Shown in pieces: positions 11,680 through 21,767 of a DNA stretch of 64,000 bases (its first letter is position 1; the number at the start of each line of letters is the position of its first letter). The notes beneath the pieces were generated by a model, which did no database searches, had not been told where the DNA came from, and saw nothing but the letters and a program-made list of their open reading frames with translations. Made by a program: the position numbers and the translations under genes. Source of the DNA: Alphaproteobacteria bacterium (GTDB lineage: Bacteria; Pseudomonadota; Alphaproteobacteria; Bin95); NCBI GenBank assembly GCA_963665325.3, contig CAXXWS020000003.1, positions 992,001-1,056,000 of the forward strand, read 5' to 3'.

Positions 11680-14160
11680 TTACTGCGGCTGGTAGATTCC
11701 GACATAGGCGAGCGGATTGCCGAACGCCTCTTGCTGAACCGTGTAGAGAGGCCTCGCGGCCTCGCTTTCGAGACCGTGATCGTCGCCGAACAGGTCGTGC
11801 AGGTCGCGGTCGGGCGCACTGTCCTCAAGGATGAACTGCTCCGGTCCCGGTTTCCGGTTGTCCGCCAGCACCAGCCGGATCTTCCGCCAGTCCTCGAAGA
11901 AATATTCCTCCAGCAAGGGCAGGACACGCCTGCGGAACACGAGCTCCAGCGCCTTCATCCGCGCGGGACCGTCCTCTGCATCGCCGAGCGCCATGAAGTA
12001 TGTGTGTCCGATGCAGTGGTCGCGGTCGTACAGGGCCTCGATGCGCCGGTTGATCGCCGCCAGCATCCGCGGAATCTCGATCTCATGGTCCTCCGTGGTC
12101 ACCCGCAGGCCGGCGAGCGGCGCGCCGGGCGCATCGCGCGTGTCCGGCATCATCGCCACGAACTCGAACCGTCTTCGAAGCGCGGTGTCCAGCAGCGCCA
12201 GGGACCGGTCCGCCGTGTTCATCGTGCCGACGATGTCGATATTGCCCGGCACGGAAAAATCATCGCCCGAATAGGGCAGTGTCACCATAAGGGCATTGGT
12301 GGCGTTCTGGCGCTTGTCGGGCTCGGCAAGGGTAATCAGCTCGCCGAAAATCTTGCTGATATTGCCACGGTTGATCTCGTCGATGACCATGGCGTAGCGA
12401 TGGCCTGGGTTCCGGCGCGCCCTGTCGCATAGCTCCTTGAAGGCTCCGTCGCGGATTTCGTAGCGGACCTGGCCGGTGTCGGCCTCTTCATCGAGTACCG
12501 GCCTCAGACCTTCCACGAACTCCTCATAGCCGTAGGACTGGTGGAAGGTGACGAAGGTGAACCGGTCCTCGTAGTCGCTCCGCAGAAGTTCGGACAATCT
12601 GTGGGTCTTGCCCGTCCCCGGCGGGCCGTAATAGATCCGGTTGAGTGCCGGGCGCTTTGCTGCAGTATCCTGTTCCTCAGCATTATCCATGTCCGAATCC
12701 GGCCGGACGGGGTCTTGCTGCAATTGGTCCGGCCATAACGCCGGGCGTGCGGTCCGCCACTCGTCCGGGAAGTGCGGTTCTGCCGCCAACTCGCCCTCGA
12801 TCTGCGCGACAAGTTGCTCCGTCAGCGGTTGGTATTTGGCCCGCTGAATGGTGCCGATCGGCAGCGTTAATCGAATTTCTCGGTCGCGTTTTCCCCGGAC
12901 TGTGCCAAGAACTCCCTTCGCGTTCGTCCTGTCGGGGTCCTTGCGACCGAAACAGACCTTTACTCCGTTCCCACGGTGCCACCAGTCCAGACCGGCTTCA
13001 TGCGTAGCTCGGGCCAATCTGCAGAACAGTGACTTCTCGTCCGGTTTCCACCTGAGACGAAAATCCCTGAATGCCGGTTTTCCGTCGAAATGGGCCAGCA
13101 GGTTCTCATCGTCCGTATCCAGGTCTCTTTCATCCCAGGCTGCCAATGACAGTTCGGGAAAGCTATGAACCGGGGCGTCGTCCTGGCGAAAACGATCATT
13201 GAGACTGTCGAGCAGTTCCAGATATGCTTCCGGTTTGCCGGGCTCCCGGGGAACGTCGAGGTCCAGGCGGACCTCAATGTATTTCCGTGCTAGGCCGTCA
13301 AGCGACACGAAGTTCCATGGGCGTGCCCAGAAGAGACCTATGGCCAGCTTCCGGGAGACGCCTCCCAGATTGGCGGCGGTGCGGTACGCCTGCGCGAACT
13401 CGGCGCGGTTCTCCGGAAGACCGGAATCCGCGAGCCGGACCGCTGCCTCGAAACATCTCCACAAGGCCCCGATGTCGCCCTCGCCGCGGTCGCGGGTCGT
13501 TCCGAAGAACCATGAATTCCGGTTGTCGAGAACGGGGATGCCTGGAAACTCTTCCGGCACCGAAACCTCGATACCCAGCATTTCGGCGAGCGCGGCAGCA
13601 ATCTTCCTCCGGTTATCGTCCTTGATGCCCCGATTGAACATGCCTGTCACGGTAAACGGACAGATATCCGTCAGCGGTCCTACTGTGCCGTCCGCAAACC
13701 TGTCCTTCTGGAGATATGACAAGAGAGGTTCTGTCGCAGCGAGTTCGTGTATGCCCTTGACCAGCGACGTTCGATCCTCCCGATAGTCCATGAGCCTGTC
13801 TGCGAGCGCCCGGTAGAACTCCAGGCCGCGAAACCGGCTGTCTTCACTGACGGCCATGGCATTCGTCTCCCGGTACTCACGATATTTCCTGACAGCCGTG
13901 CTGTAGGCAGCGAGCCCCTTGTAGAGATCGCCGCCTATGGGAATCCTGGAGGGGTTATCAGCCTTCGCGTCCCTGTCAGCCGCCGAATAATGGAGTCCGT
14001 CAAGAACCCCTTCGAGGCGATCCTCGTCGTAAAGCCCGTCAAGGTCGCCATAGTGCTCTTCGACCCTCTTGGTGTCCGAGACATATGTACTGACCGACGA
14101 CTCAAGTAGCTCGCTCTGTTTGAGCCAGTCTCTGTACTTGTCCGCTCTCAACTCCCCCAT
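11680..14160 (-). CDS. mcrB: McrB-family AAA+ GTPase with long multi-module N-terminus
   Basis: GPPGTGKT, FVTFHQSYGYEEFVEG, DEINRGN and MNTADRS. Start moved to ~14160 because the longer ORF overlaps the relaxase. Confidence 0.9.
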   Translation of the reverse strand: MGELRADKYRDWLKQSELLESSVSTYVSDTKRVEEHYGDLDGLYDEDRLEGVLDGLHYSAADRDAKADNPSRIPIGGDLYKGLAAYSTAVRKYREYRETNAMAVSEDSRFRGLEFYRALADRLMDYREDRTSLVKGIHELAATEPLLSYLQKDRFADGTVGPLTDICPFTVTGMFNRGIKDDNRRKIAAALAEMLGIEVSVPEEFPGIPVLDNRNSWFFGTTRDRGEGDIGALWRCFEAAVRLADSGLPENRAEFAQAYRTAANLGGVSRKLAIGLFWARPWNFVSLDGLARKYIEVRLDLDVPREPGKPEAYLELLDSLNDRFRQDDAPVHSFPELSLAAWDERDLDTDDENLLAHFDGKPAFRDFRLRWKPDEKSLFCRLARATHEAGLDWWHRGNGVKVCFGRKDPDRTNAKGVLGTVRGKRDREIRLTLPIGTIQRAKYQPLTEQLVAQIEGELAAEPHFPDEWRTARPALWPDQLQQDPVRPDSDMDNAEEQDTAAKRPALNRIYYGPPGTGKTHRLSELLRSDYEDRFTFVTFHQSYGYEEFVEGLRPVLDEEADTGQVRYEIRDGAFKELCDRARRNPGHRYAMVIDEINRGNISKIFGELITLAEPDKRQNATNALMVTLPYSGDDFSVPGNIDIVGTMNTADRSLALLDTALRRRFEFVAMMPDTRDAPGAPLAGLRVTTEDHEIEIPRMLAAINRRIEALYDRDHCIGHTYFMALGDAEDGPARMKALELVFRRRVLPLLEEYFFEDWRKIRLVLADNRKPGPEQFILEDSAPDRDLHDLFGDDHGLESEAARPLYTVQQEAFGNPLAYVGIYQPQ

Positions 14161-14248
14161 CCCCCCGAAACCGGCTCGGGCAGAATGCCATTCCGTCGCC
14201 GGTCTGTCTGCCTGGCCGGATGGCGGCATCCGGCCGTCGCGGGCCGGA

Positions 14249-17200
14249 TCACATGCTCCGGCCCTGGTCGATGTCCCGGCTGAGCGTCCTCTCCTGCTGG
14301 CGGTGGCGGCGCAATCTTTCGATATGCGCGTCGCGTTCGGCGGCGATATTGAGGAAGGTCTGCTTCTGTGTCTGCGAGAGGTGGAGGCTGGTGGCGAGTT
14401 CGCGCATGTCCTCGATGATGTTCGCGCCGGCGATGATGTCGAAGCGGCCGATGCGCCGGGTCTTCGCCTCCTCGCGTATCTCCTTCCATTGCGCCAGCAA
14501 CTCTCCGTAGCGCCTGACGGCCAGCGGCCACGCGATGTCGTGGTCGTGGACGTTCCCGTCGAGCTCCTTCTTCGCTGCGGCGCCGATATGCGGATTCCGG
14601 GAAAGCTTGCGGGCGCGCTCGACAAGCGGCCCGCAGCCCCGGTCCGCAAATGCCACCAGCCCCTTCGCCTCGACAGGCCCCCTGAATGCGTCCCAGTCGA
14701 GGCGCCACTTCTCGAAATCGTCGTGCGCGGCCGCGCGCTTGCGGGCGTTGTCGACCGCCGTATCGAGGCGCGTGCGGTGCTCCTCGCCGAGTTTCGGGTC
14801 GCGCGCCACCGCCTCCGCGCGGGAGAGCAGGGCATGGGGCCACGGGTCTGCGGGGTCCAGCGTCCGGACGGCCTGGAGCAGTGCGGTCGCCCGGCGCTCG
14901 CGCTCCCGGCCCAGGGCCTCTTCCAGCCGCCGGCGTTCTGTCCCGGAGAGGTCCCGGCTCCCGGTAAGCCTCTCGCCGCTCGCAAGCAGGCCGTTCATCT
15001 CGTCTGCCTCCCGCGTCCAGTTCCCGGTGCGAAGGCGGAACGCGATATCGTCGGCCTCCCGGCGCGCGGCGGTCGCGGCCTCGCGCGCCCGGTTGCGGCG
15101 GGCCTCGCGCTCCGCCCGTTCCGCCTCGACCCCGTCATGCGCGCGGAGCGCATCGAGAAGGTCCTGCCGCAGCGCCGGCGGCATGGCCGGGTCGGCGGAG
15201 AGCGAACGGCCCTTGCCGAGAGTGTCTTCGCTGCGCTCCGCCCTCTCTTCTTCTCCATCGCCGTTCCATGCCGCGAGCCATGCGGCGCCGGCCGTTTCCG
15301 CCTCCCCCCTCGCCTTCCAGTCGGCAAGCCTGATTTCGACATGGCGCCTGTTCAGGTTGCCGAGGTCCGGGTCGTCCATGATCGGCCTTGCCAGCCCGGC
15401 GAGACGGTCCGGTTCCTCCGCCCCGCCCGGCTCGTCAACGCGTTCCATGGCCTTCGTCCACCGGCCGTGCCAGTCGCGCACCCGCGCGTCGGCGGTCCGG
15501 GCGCGGAACAGTTCGTCGTCGCTGGAAAGCCGCAAGTCCGCGCGGGAGAGCATCGTCTTCAGCTCCTTCCTGCCGTCATCGCCGGGTAACGCAGGCGGGC
15601 CGTCGTCGGCCAGGACGGCACGCGCGGCCGTCGCGGCACTCTCCAGCTCCCGGCGCCACTCCGCATAGCCCGGACGGTCGACCGTGCGGCTCCTTTCCGC
15701 GCCGGGTAGAAGCGTGCCGCGCGCCTCCAGCCGCTGGCGAAGTTCCTGCAGGCAGGCGCTCACCCGCCCGGCGTCCATGTCCGCCAGCGCCGCCTCGACC
15801 GCCGCCCGCGTTTCGGGGGCCGCATCCTCGACCTCCGCGAGCGTCCACAGCTCCGCCAGCAGCCCGTCATGGCCGGCATGCAATGCGGGAAACACGCCCG
15901 CCTCCGCCGCCTCCCCGTCATGGCGGGCCTTCGACGCCCGCCACGCCTCGAAACGCCGTTCGGCGTCCTGAGCGGGCGCGAGCGCATCCGCCATTTCGGC
16001 GCGGACAGTCTCTTCCTGCGCCTCCGGCTTCAGCACCGGCGCCAGGGGCTGTTTTGCCGGAACCCGCAGCGGCGCGCGTACGGCGGTCTCCTCCTCCGGC
16101 AGGGCGATGTCCTCGCCGAGCGCCTCCAGCGCCGTCAGCCGCTCGCCGCTGTCCGCCTCCAGCGCCGCCGCCAGGCTCTCCCGGTCGTCGGTCAGCACCA
16201 CGGCGTTGTCCCGCGCCCGGCTGATCTGCACGTAGAAACTCTGCAGGCCGCCCAGATGACCGTGGCCCGCATCGGCGACCGCGATTACCCGGTCCCGCGT
16301 CATCCCCTGCGCGGCATGCACCGTCGAGGCCCAGGCATGCAGGATATGCCTGAGCTGCGGGTCGTCATGGCGCCATTCGAGCTCGCGCCCGTCCTCGGTC
16401 AGCAGCCGCAGCTTGCGGGGACCGATGGAGAGGATTTCGGCCGTGGCGCCATTGTCCAGGCCGCGCGCCCTGTCATTGCGGGTCCAGCGGATGCAGTCGC
16501 CGGCCCGGATGGAGATCGTCTGCGTCTCGTGCAGGTCCAGCCGGTAGCGGATCTCGCCCGCGGGCCGGATGCGCCGCGTCCTGCCGTCCGGATGCTCCAG
16601 CACCGCCCGGTCGCCCTCGAACCCCGTCACCGTGCAGGCGTCGCCGGCGCGGATCCGGAAGGGATAGATGTCCCTGTGGAAGACGGCGACGTCGCCCTCG
16701 CTCCAGTTGCGGATGTCGCCGGTCTCGGCGCGCGTCATGCGCAGCTTCGCCAGCGTCTCGATCTCCAGCACCCGCCCGTGCAGGACGCCCTCCACCTCCA
16801 GCCCCTCGCGCACCTCCTCCACGATCCCGCGCCGGAGTTCGTGCGTGGGCGCCAGTAGCAGCGTTTCCCTGCGCTCCTCCGGCGAGAGCTCCAGCCAGAG
16901 CCGCGCCGCCGTCTCCGCCAGCTCGTCGGCCGGCAACTCCACGACATTCTCCCCCAGAAGGTCGAGCGCCCGGCGCGGCTCGCCGGCCGCCGTGTGGACC
17001 ACGGCCCCCTTCAGGACCGGGTTGCGCTGCCGGCGGATGTCGTCCATCAGCGCCGTCGCCATGCCGGCCTCCTGGAGCTGCCGGAAGGGCTGGCCCGCCT
17101 CGACAGCCCTCAGCTGCTTGCGGTCTCCGACCAGCACCAGCCGTCCGACGCCGAGCTTCGCCGCGATCTTCATCAGCGCATGGGCCTGCGCCGTCGATAC

Positions 17201-18781
17201 CATCGACATCTCGTCGGCGACCAGGATGGTACCCTCGAAGCGTTTCCTGAGTTCCGCCAGCGCCCGGTCGTCGAGCAGGTTGTCGCCGGCATCGCGGTAG
17301 CGGGCGAGGAACCATTGCAGCGTGCGCACCGGGATGCCGGCCTCCCGGCCCAGCACGCCCGCCGCCACCGCCGACGGCGCCAGGCCGAACACGCGCCGGT
17401 CGCCCGCAAGCGCCGCCGCCTCCCTCAGCATGGTGGTCTTGCCCGTGCCGGCATAGCCCTGCACGCCCACCACGAGATCGTCATGCAGCAGAATGGTGCG
17501 CACCGCCTCTTTCTGCCCGTCGGTCAGCACCGATGCCGCCAGCCGGGCCTCGACCGGCTCTGCTTCGGTCAACGGTCCGCCTGCGCCCGCGCCTTCCCCG
17601 AGCAGCGCCAGCATGCCGCGCTCCGTCCTGACCGTCCGGTCGGTGACGAAGGCGCGCCCGCTCACCCCCCGGCGCACCGTCTCCAGCAGATGGCCGTCGC
17701 GCAGGAGCTGCGCGATCGCCTCGTCCACGTCCCGGATGGTGTAGCGGCCCGGCGAGTGGGCGAGGCAGCGCGTGACAAGGTCGTTGGCCGCAAACACCGA
17801 GCGGCGTTCCTCCAGATGCGCTGCGGCCCGGCAGGCGATCTCCAGCATCGAGAGCACGGGCGGCGGCTGCGTCCGCCGCTTGCGCGGCCTCGCGAGACCG
17901 AGTTCCTTCGCCCGCCCCCGCCAGAGCTCCTCCAGCGCCGCCCGGCCCGGCTCGTTCTTGCGCGCCCTGGTCGCCAGCGCCGCCTGCTGCGCCCGCGCCG
18001 CATTGTAGTTCCAGCCCTTCTCGCGGATATATTTCAGGATCGCCCGGCGCCGCTTGGAGAACACGAACACCTCGGCGCGCCTGTAGCCCGCAATCTCGAA
18101 GCTCGGCACCCCGCCCGCCATCGAGGGCGAGAGCGTATAGCCCCGCTCCATCAGCCGCCGCGCCAGCTCGTTGCGGTAAAAGGCTCCGATCGTCATCTCG
18201 GCCGACTTCAGCCGGCCCGTGTCGAGGCTCCGCCAGCGCCCCTCCGCGTCCTGCGTCATGTTGGCGACAACGGCATGCGTGTGCAGCTGCGGGTCCAGGT
18301 CCCGGCTCGCTATGTGCCGGAACGTCGCCGCCACCATCGAGGGCGAAGGCGCGCGCCGCATGCGCCTGAACTCCCGGTCCCACACGCGCGTCTCCAGCAG
18401 CCGCGCCTCGATGAAATCGAGTGTCGCCTTCACCGCCCCGTCATGCGCGCGCACCACGTCGTCACGGCCCCACAGCAGGCCCTCCAGCGAAACGGATTTC
18501 GGCGCCGAGAAGGTGATGTCGTGGCCGGGCTCGTGCTCCGTCTCGCCCTCGCGCGTCCGCCGCCCGAGGCGGATGTCCGTCTTCGGGACCTTCCCTTCCA
18601 GGATCGAGCGAAACCGTTTCGCGTCGACGCGGCCCTTCAGGCCCAGCGCCGCCGCGCCCGTCCCGTGCCAGCGGCTCGCCCGACGGTGCTCGGGATCGTT
18701 GCGCGCATAGTAGCCGCCCTCGCGCTCGAAATAGCGAACCGAGGCGGCCGCCGACCCCAGCCTGTTGACCTTGGCTACCAT
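14249..18781 (-). CDS. MOBF (TrwC/TraI-like) relaxase-helicase
   Basis: N-terminal YF...YY, DITFSAPKSVS, H..SRDLDPQLHTH; helicase GYAGTGKT, DEMSM, TVHAAQG, YVQISRAR. Confidence 0.95.
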   Translation of the reverse strand: MVAKVNRLGSAAASVRYFEREGGYYARNDPEHRRASRWHGTGAAALGLKGRVDAKRFRSILEGKVPKTDIRLGRRTREGETEHEPGHDITFSAPKSVSLEGLLWGRDDVVRAHDGAVKATLDFIEARLLETRVWDREFRRMRRAPSPSMVAATFRHIASRDLDPQLHTHAVVANMTQDAEGRWRSLDTGRLKSAEMTIGAFYRNELARRLMERGYTLSPSMAGGVPSFEIAGYRRAEVFVFSKRRRAILKYIREKGWNYNAARAQQAALATRARKNEPGRAALEELWRGRAKELGLARPRKRRTQPPPVLSMLEIACRAAAHLEERRSVFAANDLVTRCLAHSPGRYTIRDVDEAIAQLLRDGHLLETVRRGVSGRAFVTDRTVRTERGMLALLGEGAGAGGPLTEAEPVEARLAASVLTDGQKEAVRTILLHDDLVVGVQGYAGTGKTTMLREAAALAGDRRVFGLAPSAVAAGVLGREAGIPVRTLQWFLARYRDAGDNLLDDRALAELRKRFEGTILVADEMSMVSTAQAHALMKIAAKLGVGRLVLVGDRKQLRAVEAGQPFRQLQEAGMATALMDDIRRQRNPVLKGAVVHTAAGEPRRALDLLGENVVELPADELAETAARLWLELSPEERRETLLLAPTHELRRGIVEEVREGLEVEGVLHGRVLEIETLAKLRMTRAETGDIRNWSEGDVAVFHRDIYPFRIRAGDACTVTGFEGDRAVLEHPDGRTRRIRPAGEIRYRLDLHETQTISIRAGDCIRWTRNDRARGLDNGATAEILSIGPRKLRLLTEDGRELEWRHDDPQLRHILHAWASTVHAAQGMTRDRVIAVADAGHGHLGGLQSFYVQISRARDNAVVLTDDRESLAAALEADSGERLTALEALGEDIALPEEETAVRAPLRVPAKQPLAPVLKPEAQEETVRAEMADALAPAQDAERRFEAWRASKARHDGEAAEAGVFPALHAGHDGLLAELWTLAEVEDAAPETRAAVEAALADMDAGRVSACLQELRQRLEARGTLLPGAERSRTVDRPGYAEWRRELESAATAARAVLADDGPPALPGDDGRKELKTMLSRADLRLSSDDELFRARTADARVRDWHGRWTKAMERVDEPGGAEEPDRLAGLARPIMDDPDLGNLNRRHVEIRLADWKARGEAETAGAAWLAAWNGDGEEERAERSEDTLGKGRSLSADPAMPPALRQDLLDALRAHDGVEAERAEREARRNRAREAATAARREADDIAFRLRTGNWTREADEMNGLLASGERLTGSRDLSGTERRRLEEALGRERERRATALLQAVRTLDPADPWPHALLSRAEAVARDPKLGEEHRTRLDTAVDNARKRAAAHDDFEKWRLDWDAFRGPVEAKGLVAFADRGCGPLVERARKLSRNPHIGAAAKKELDGNVHDHDIAWPLAVRRYGELLAQWKEIREEAKTRRIGRFDIIAGANIIEDMRELATSLHLSQTQKQTFLNIAAERDAHIERLRRHRQQERTLSRDIDQGRSM

Positions 18782-18852
18782 GTGCTTCTACCGGAACCCG
18801 GCATACCCGATCGCCGGGGCCGGCGCTACCGCGAAGCAGGGGGAAGGGGTCC

Positions 18853-19467
18853 ATGACGGAACGCGACGAGGACAGGCGGATCGAGGAAGAACTCCAGCGC
18901 CGCGAGCGGCCCGCCGGGCAGCCGCAGGCCCCGGAACCCGCCAGGACGCCGGCAGCGCCGGGGCGGCAGGCGGGGACCGGGGGCAGCCCCGCGCCGCAAC
19001 CGCCCGATGTCGAGGCCCTGTTCCTCAGGCTGGAAGCCCAGCTCGACGAGATGGAGGGCCGTGTGGCCGCCGGTATCGATGCCGTGGCGGAACAGGTCGC
19101 CCCGGTGCCGGGCGCGGCGGCGGACCTCGCCGAATGGGTCCGGCGCGCGACGGCCAGGGGCGAGGCCGTCGACCGCCTGACGCCCCTGCTGGAGGAATCC
19201 GTCGACCGCGAGAACCGCCTCCACCGCCCCGCCCGAAGGCGCGCCAGGGCGGCGGGGTTCGTCCTGGCGCTCGCGCTCACGGCCGCAGTCGTCCTGTTCG
19301 TCCAGTGGCGCTTCGCCGTCATCGAGACCGCCGACCCCACGGACGGATGGCGCGGCCTTCTCTGGGAACGCTACGGAGCCGAACTGCGCGGCTGCGTCCT
19401 CCGCGCCGAACAGCAGGGCAAGGCCATGCTCTGCCAGGTCTTCGACCCCGAGCCCGCCCTACCGTAG
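18853..19467 (+). CDS. Hypothetical coiled-coil protein with one membrane segment, divergent from the relaxase
   Basis: RBS-like GGAAGGGG; one hydrophobic segment (GFVLALALTAAVVLFV); C-terminal Cys pair. Confidence 0.6.
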   Translation: MTERDEDRRIEEELQRRERPAGQPQAPEPARTPAAPGRQAGTGGSPAPQPPDVEALFLRLEAQLDEMEGRVAAGIDAVAEQVAPVPGAAADLAEWVRRATARGEAVDRLTPLLEESVDRENRLHRPARRRARAAGFVLALALTAAVVLFVQWRFAVIETADPTDGWRGLLWERYGAELRGCVLRAEQQGKAMLCQVFDPEPALP

Positions 19468-20385
19468 CGCCCCACGATCCGGATGCGGCCGCGGAACCGG
19501 CGGCAACGGCGCGGTCCCGGCATAGCGGCCCTCCCGGTAAAGCCGGCCCTCCGCCGGCCCCTCCGGGTGACGAATGACCGTCACGCCGTCGAGCGCGCCG
19601 TCCTCGTACATCGCCTCCACCCGCCGCCCGTCCGGCCACGCGATCCGCCACAGCCCGTGCCGCCTGTCCTCGCGGTAGATGCCCGTCTCCGAATAGCCGT
19701 CCGGCCAGCGATGCGCCCATCGTCCGACCTGCTTTCCGTTGACCTGCCGGCCCTCGTCGACCCGCCCGCCGGCGTAGATATGCTTCCAGCGGCCGGTCGC
19801 CTTGCCGTGAACGAACGCGCCGTCGATCCGCGCGCCGCTGCGGTAATCGAAAACCCACACTCCATGCTTCATGCCCTTGCGGAACTCGCCGCGGCTTACA
19901 TCCCCGTCCGGCTTTTCGACCGTCCAGATCCCGACCGTCTCGCCCTGCTCGTAGCGCCCGCTCAACCGCTCGCCGTTCGGGATCGCGATGGTCCAGAAAC
20001 CCTGCTCCCCGCCAGGCCCGAACGACCCCTCCCGGCGTGTGCCGTCGACCTGCTCCAGCACCCACCCTCCCTGGCGCAGCCCGGCCGTGAACCGTCCCGT
20101 CTGCCGGTTGCCCTCCCGGTCCTCCAGAGCGCCCTCGCCCTCGGCCAGACCCTCCCGGCATGCCCCCGACCAGGTGAACGGCGCCTTGCCCCAGCGCGCG
20201 AACCGGCTCCGGAAATGGCAACCCGCGATGTTCTCCACCGGCGTCAGGCAGCCGGCCCCCGCAGGCGCTCCCGCATCTGTGCAGAGCGGCAAAGGCTCCG
20301 CGGCGCGCGCCATGCCGATCCAGACAAAAAGCGCCGAAACCGCCAGCAGCGCCGGAACGGCAGTTCGGAGGCTTCCATGGATCAT
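19459..20385 (-). CDS. Secreted MORN-repeat protein
   Basis: Signal peptide from MIHGSL; about nine ~23-aa repeats of type G.F..G...G.W......G. Confidence 0.8.
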   Translation of the reverse strand: MIHGSLRTAVPALLAVSALFVWIGMARAAEPLPLCTDAGAPAGAGCLTPVENIAGCHFRSRFARWGKAPFTWSGACREGLAEGEGALEDREGNRQTGRFTAGLRQGGWVLEQVDGTRREGSFGPGGEQGFWTIAIPNGERLSGRYEQGETVGIWTVEKPDGDVSRGEFRKGMKHGVWVFDYRSGARIDGAFVHGKATGRWKHIYAGGRVDEGRQVNGKQVGRWAHRWPDGYSETGIYREDRRHGLWRIAWPDGRRVEAMYEDGALDGVTVIRHPEGPAEGRLYREGRYAGTAPLPPVPRPHPDRGALR

Positions 20386-20837
20386 CGGGGCAAGGTTGCG
20401 TTCGGGCGCGGCGCTATGGTTCGGGACGACAGCGTAGCGGGGCCGGGCGACCCATGCGAGCGCCCGCTCGGCATGGCGCGCAGGCCGGAACCGGACAGGC
20501 ATGCGCCGTTTCCGGCCGTCGCCAGGCGGACAATGCACAAGAGAGGCAAACCCGGCGAGTTGCGTTGAGCGTCGGTTCGAACCAGCTCGCGCTCCCGGTT
20601 CACCACTCGGCCAGCTTTGAAGGGAGGCTCGACGGCTCGCTCTCAGTGAGTATCGAGCACAATCGGGCCGACTAGCGTGCTCGACGCTCGTTGAGATCGG
20701 ACGCGGCAAGTTAAGGGTATAAGCCCCCTAGATTAGGTGCTGACCGGCGTCGAAGCGGCGCGCAACGCAATACCATTTCCGCATGGAGGTGGGGCGCCCG
20801 CACCGTGCGCATCGTGCATACAGCTACAATATCTTGG

Positions 20838-21761
20838 TCATGATTCGTCCCCTCGGTCGACCCCATTGGCGAAATACGCGAGGGCCTTCTGGAGATGGTC
20901 AGCCATTGCGTTTCCGGCTACGGTAGGTACGCGTTCTGCCGGAGCGACCAAGCAGAGTCGCAGCTCGGACATCCGCTTTCCTTCCAAGGGAACTGCGATC
21001 AGGCTCCCGTCTGCCAATGCTTCGGAGAACTCCAGCTTTGTAGAAAATGCAATCCCGGCACCTTGCAGTAGAAGGCGCTTGACCATCGCCCGGGTGTTGG
21101 AGACCGCTGCTGGCTTGTGCACCCTCCTGAATGCTTCCATCTCATTACCGACAACCAGCTCCATCGTGTCGACAGGGTCCTGGTAGATCAGACGGTGGGT
21201 GCCGCACTCCTCAAGACTGACGGAGGCGCGCGACGCAAGTTCGTGGTCCGGCCTCATAACGGCGCACATCGGACAATCGATGCGCTTGAGTACGGTGATG
21301 CCACGGCGGCAGACCGGGGAGAACGTCAAGCCGAGATCCGCGGTGCCCTGGCAGACAGAGTGCATGGCTTCAATCGAATCGCAGGCGGACACGCGGACCT
21401 GAGCCTTCGGATGCAGAGCAACGAATTGCGCTATCGCTTCGGGCAGAAACTGCACAGTGGGGTTGTCCAAGGTCGCAATACTCACGCCGCCGCTCACGAT
21501 GCCGCGCAGGTTGTCAATATCGCCGCGCAGCCGCGCGAAGTCGTGCAGCGTATCCCGTGCGTGGCGCAGCACCAACTTGCCTGCCTCGGTCAGCCGCATG
21601 CCCTCCGGGTGCCGTTCGAACAACAGCACGCCGAACTGATCCTCCAGCTTCAGGATTTGGCGGTTCACAGCCGACGCCGAAATATGAACCCTTTCCGACG
21701 CACGGCGGATCGACCCGTCCTCGGCCACCGCTTCGAAATAACGCAACACTGCTGCATGCAT
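20838..21761 (-). CDS. LysR-family transcriptional regulator
   Basis: LRYFEAVAEDGSIRRASERVHISASAVNRQILKLE helix-turn-helix. Confidence 0.95.
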   Translation of the reverse strand: MHAAVLRYFEAVAEDGSIRRASERVHISASAVNRQILKLEDQFGVLLFERHPEGMRLTEAGKLVLRHARDTLHDFARLRGDIDNLRGIVSGGVSIATLDNPTVQFLPEAIAQFVALHPKAQVRVSACDSIEAMHSVCQGTADLGLTFSPVCRRGITVLKRIDCPMCAVMRPDHELASRASVSLEECGTHRLIYQDPVDTMELVVGNEMEAFRRVHKPAAVSNTRAMVKRLLLQGAGIAFSTKLEFSEALADGSLIAVPLEGKRMSELRLCLVAPAERVPTVAGNAMADHLQKALAYFANGVDRGDES

Positions 21762-21767
21762 CCTGCG

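Noticed and set aside
14161-14985. N-terminal 275 aa of the 1101-aa ORF as part of McrB
   Set aside because: It overlaps the relaxase in another frame and reads as low-complexity shadow sequence.
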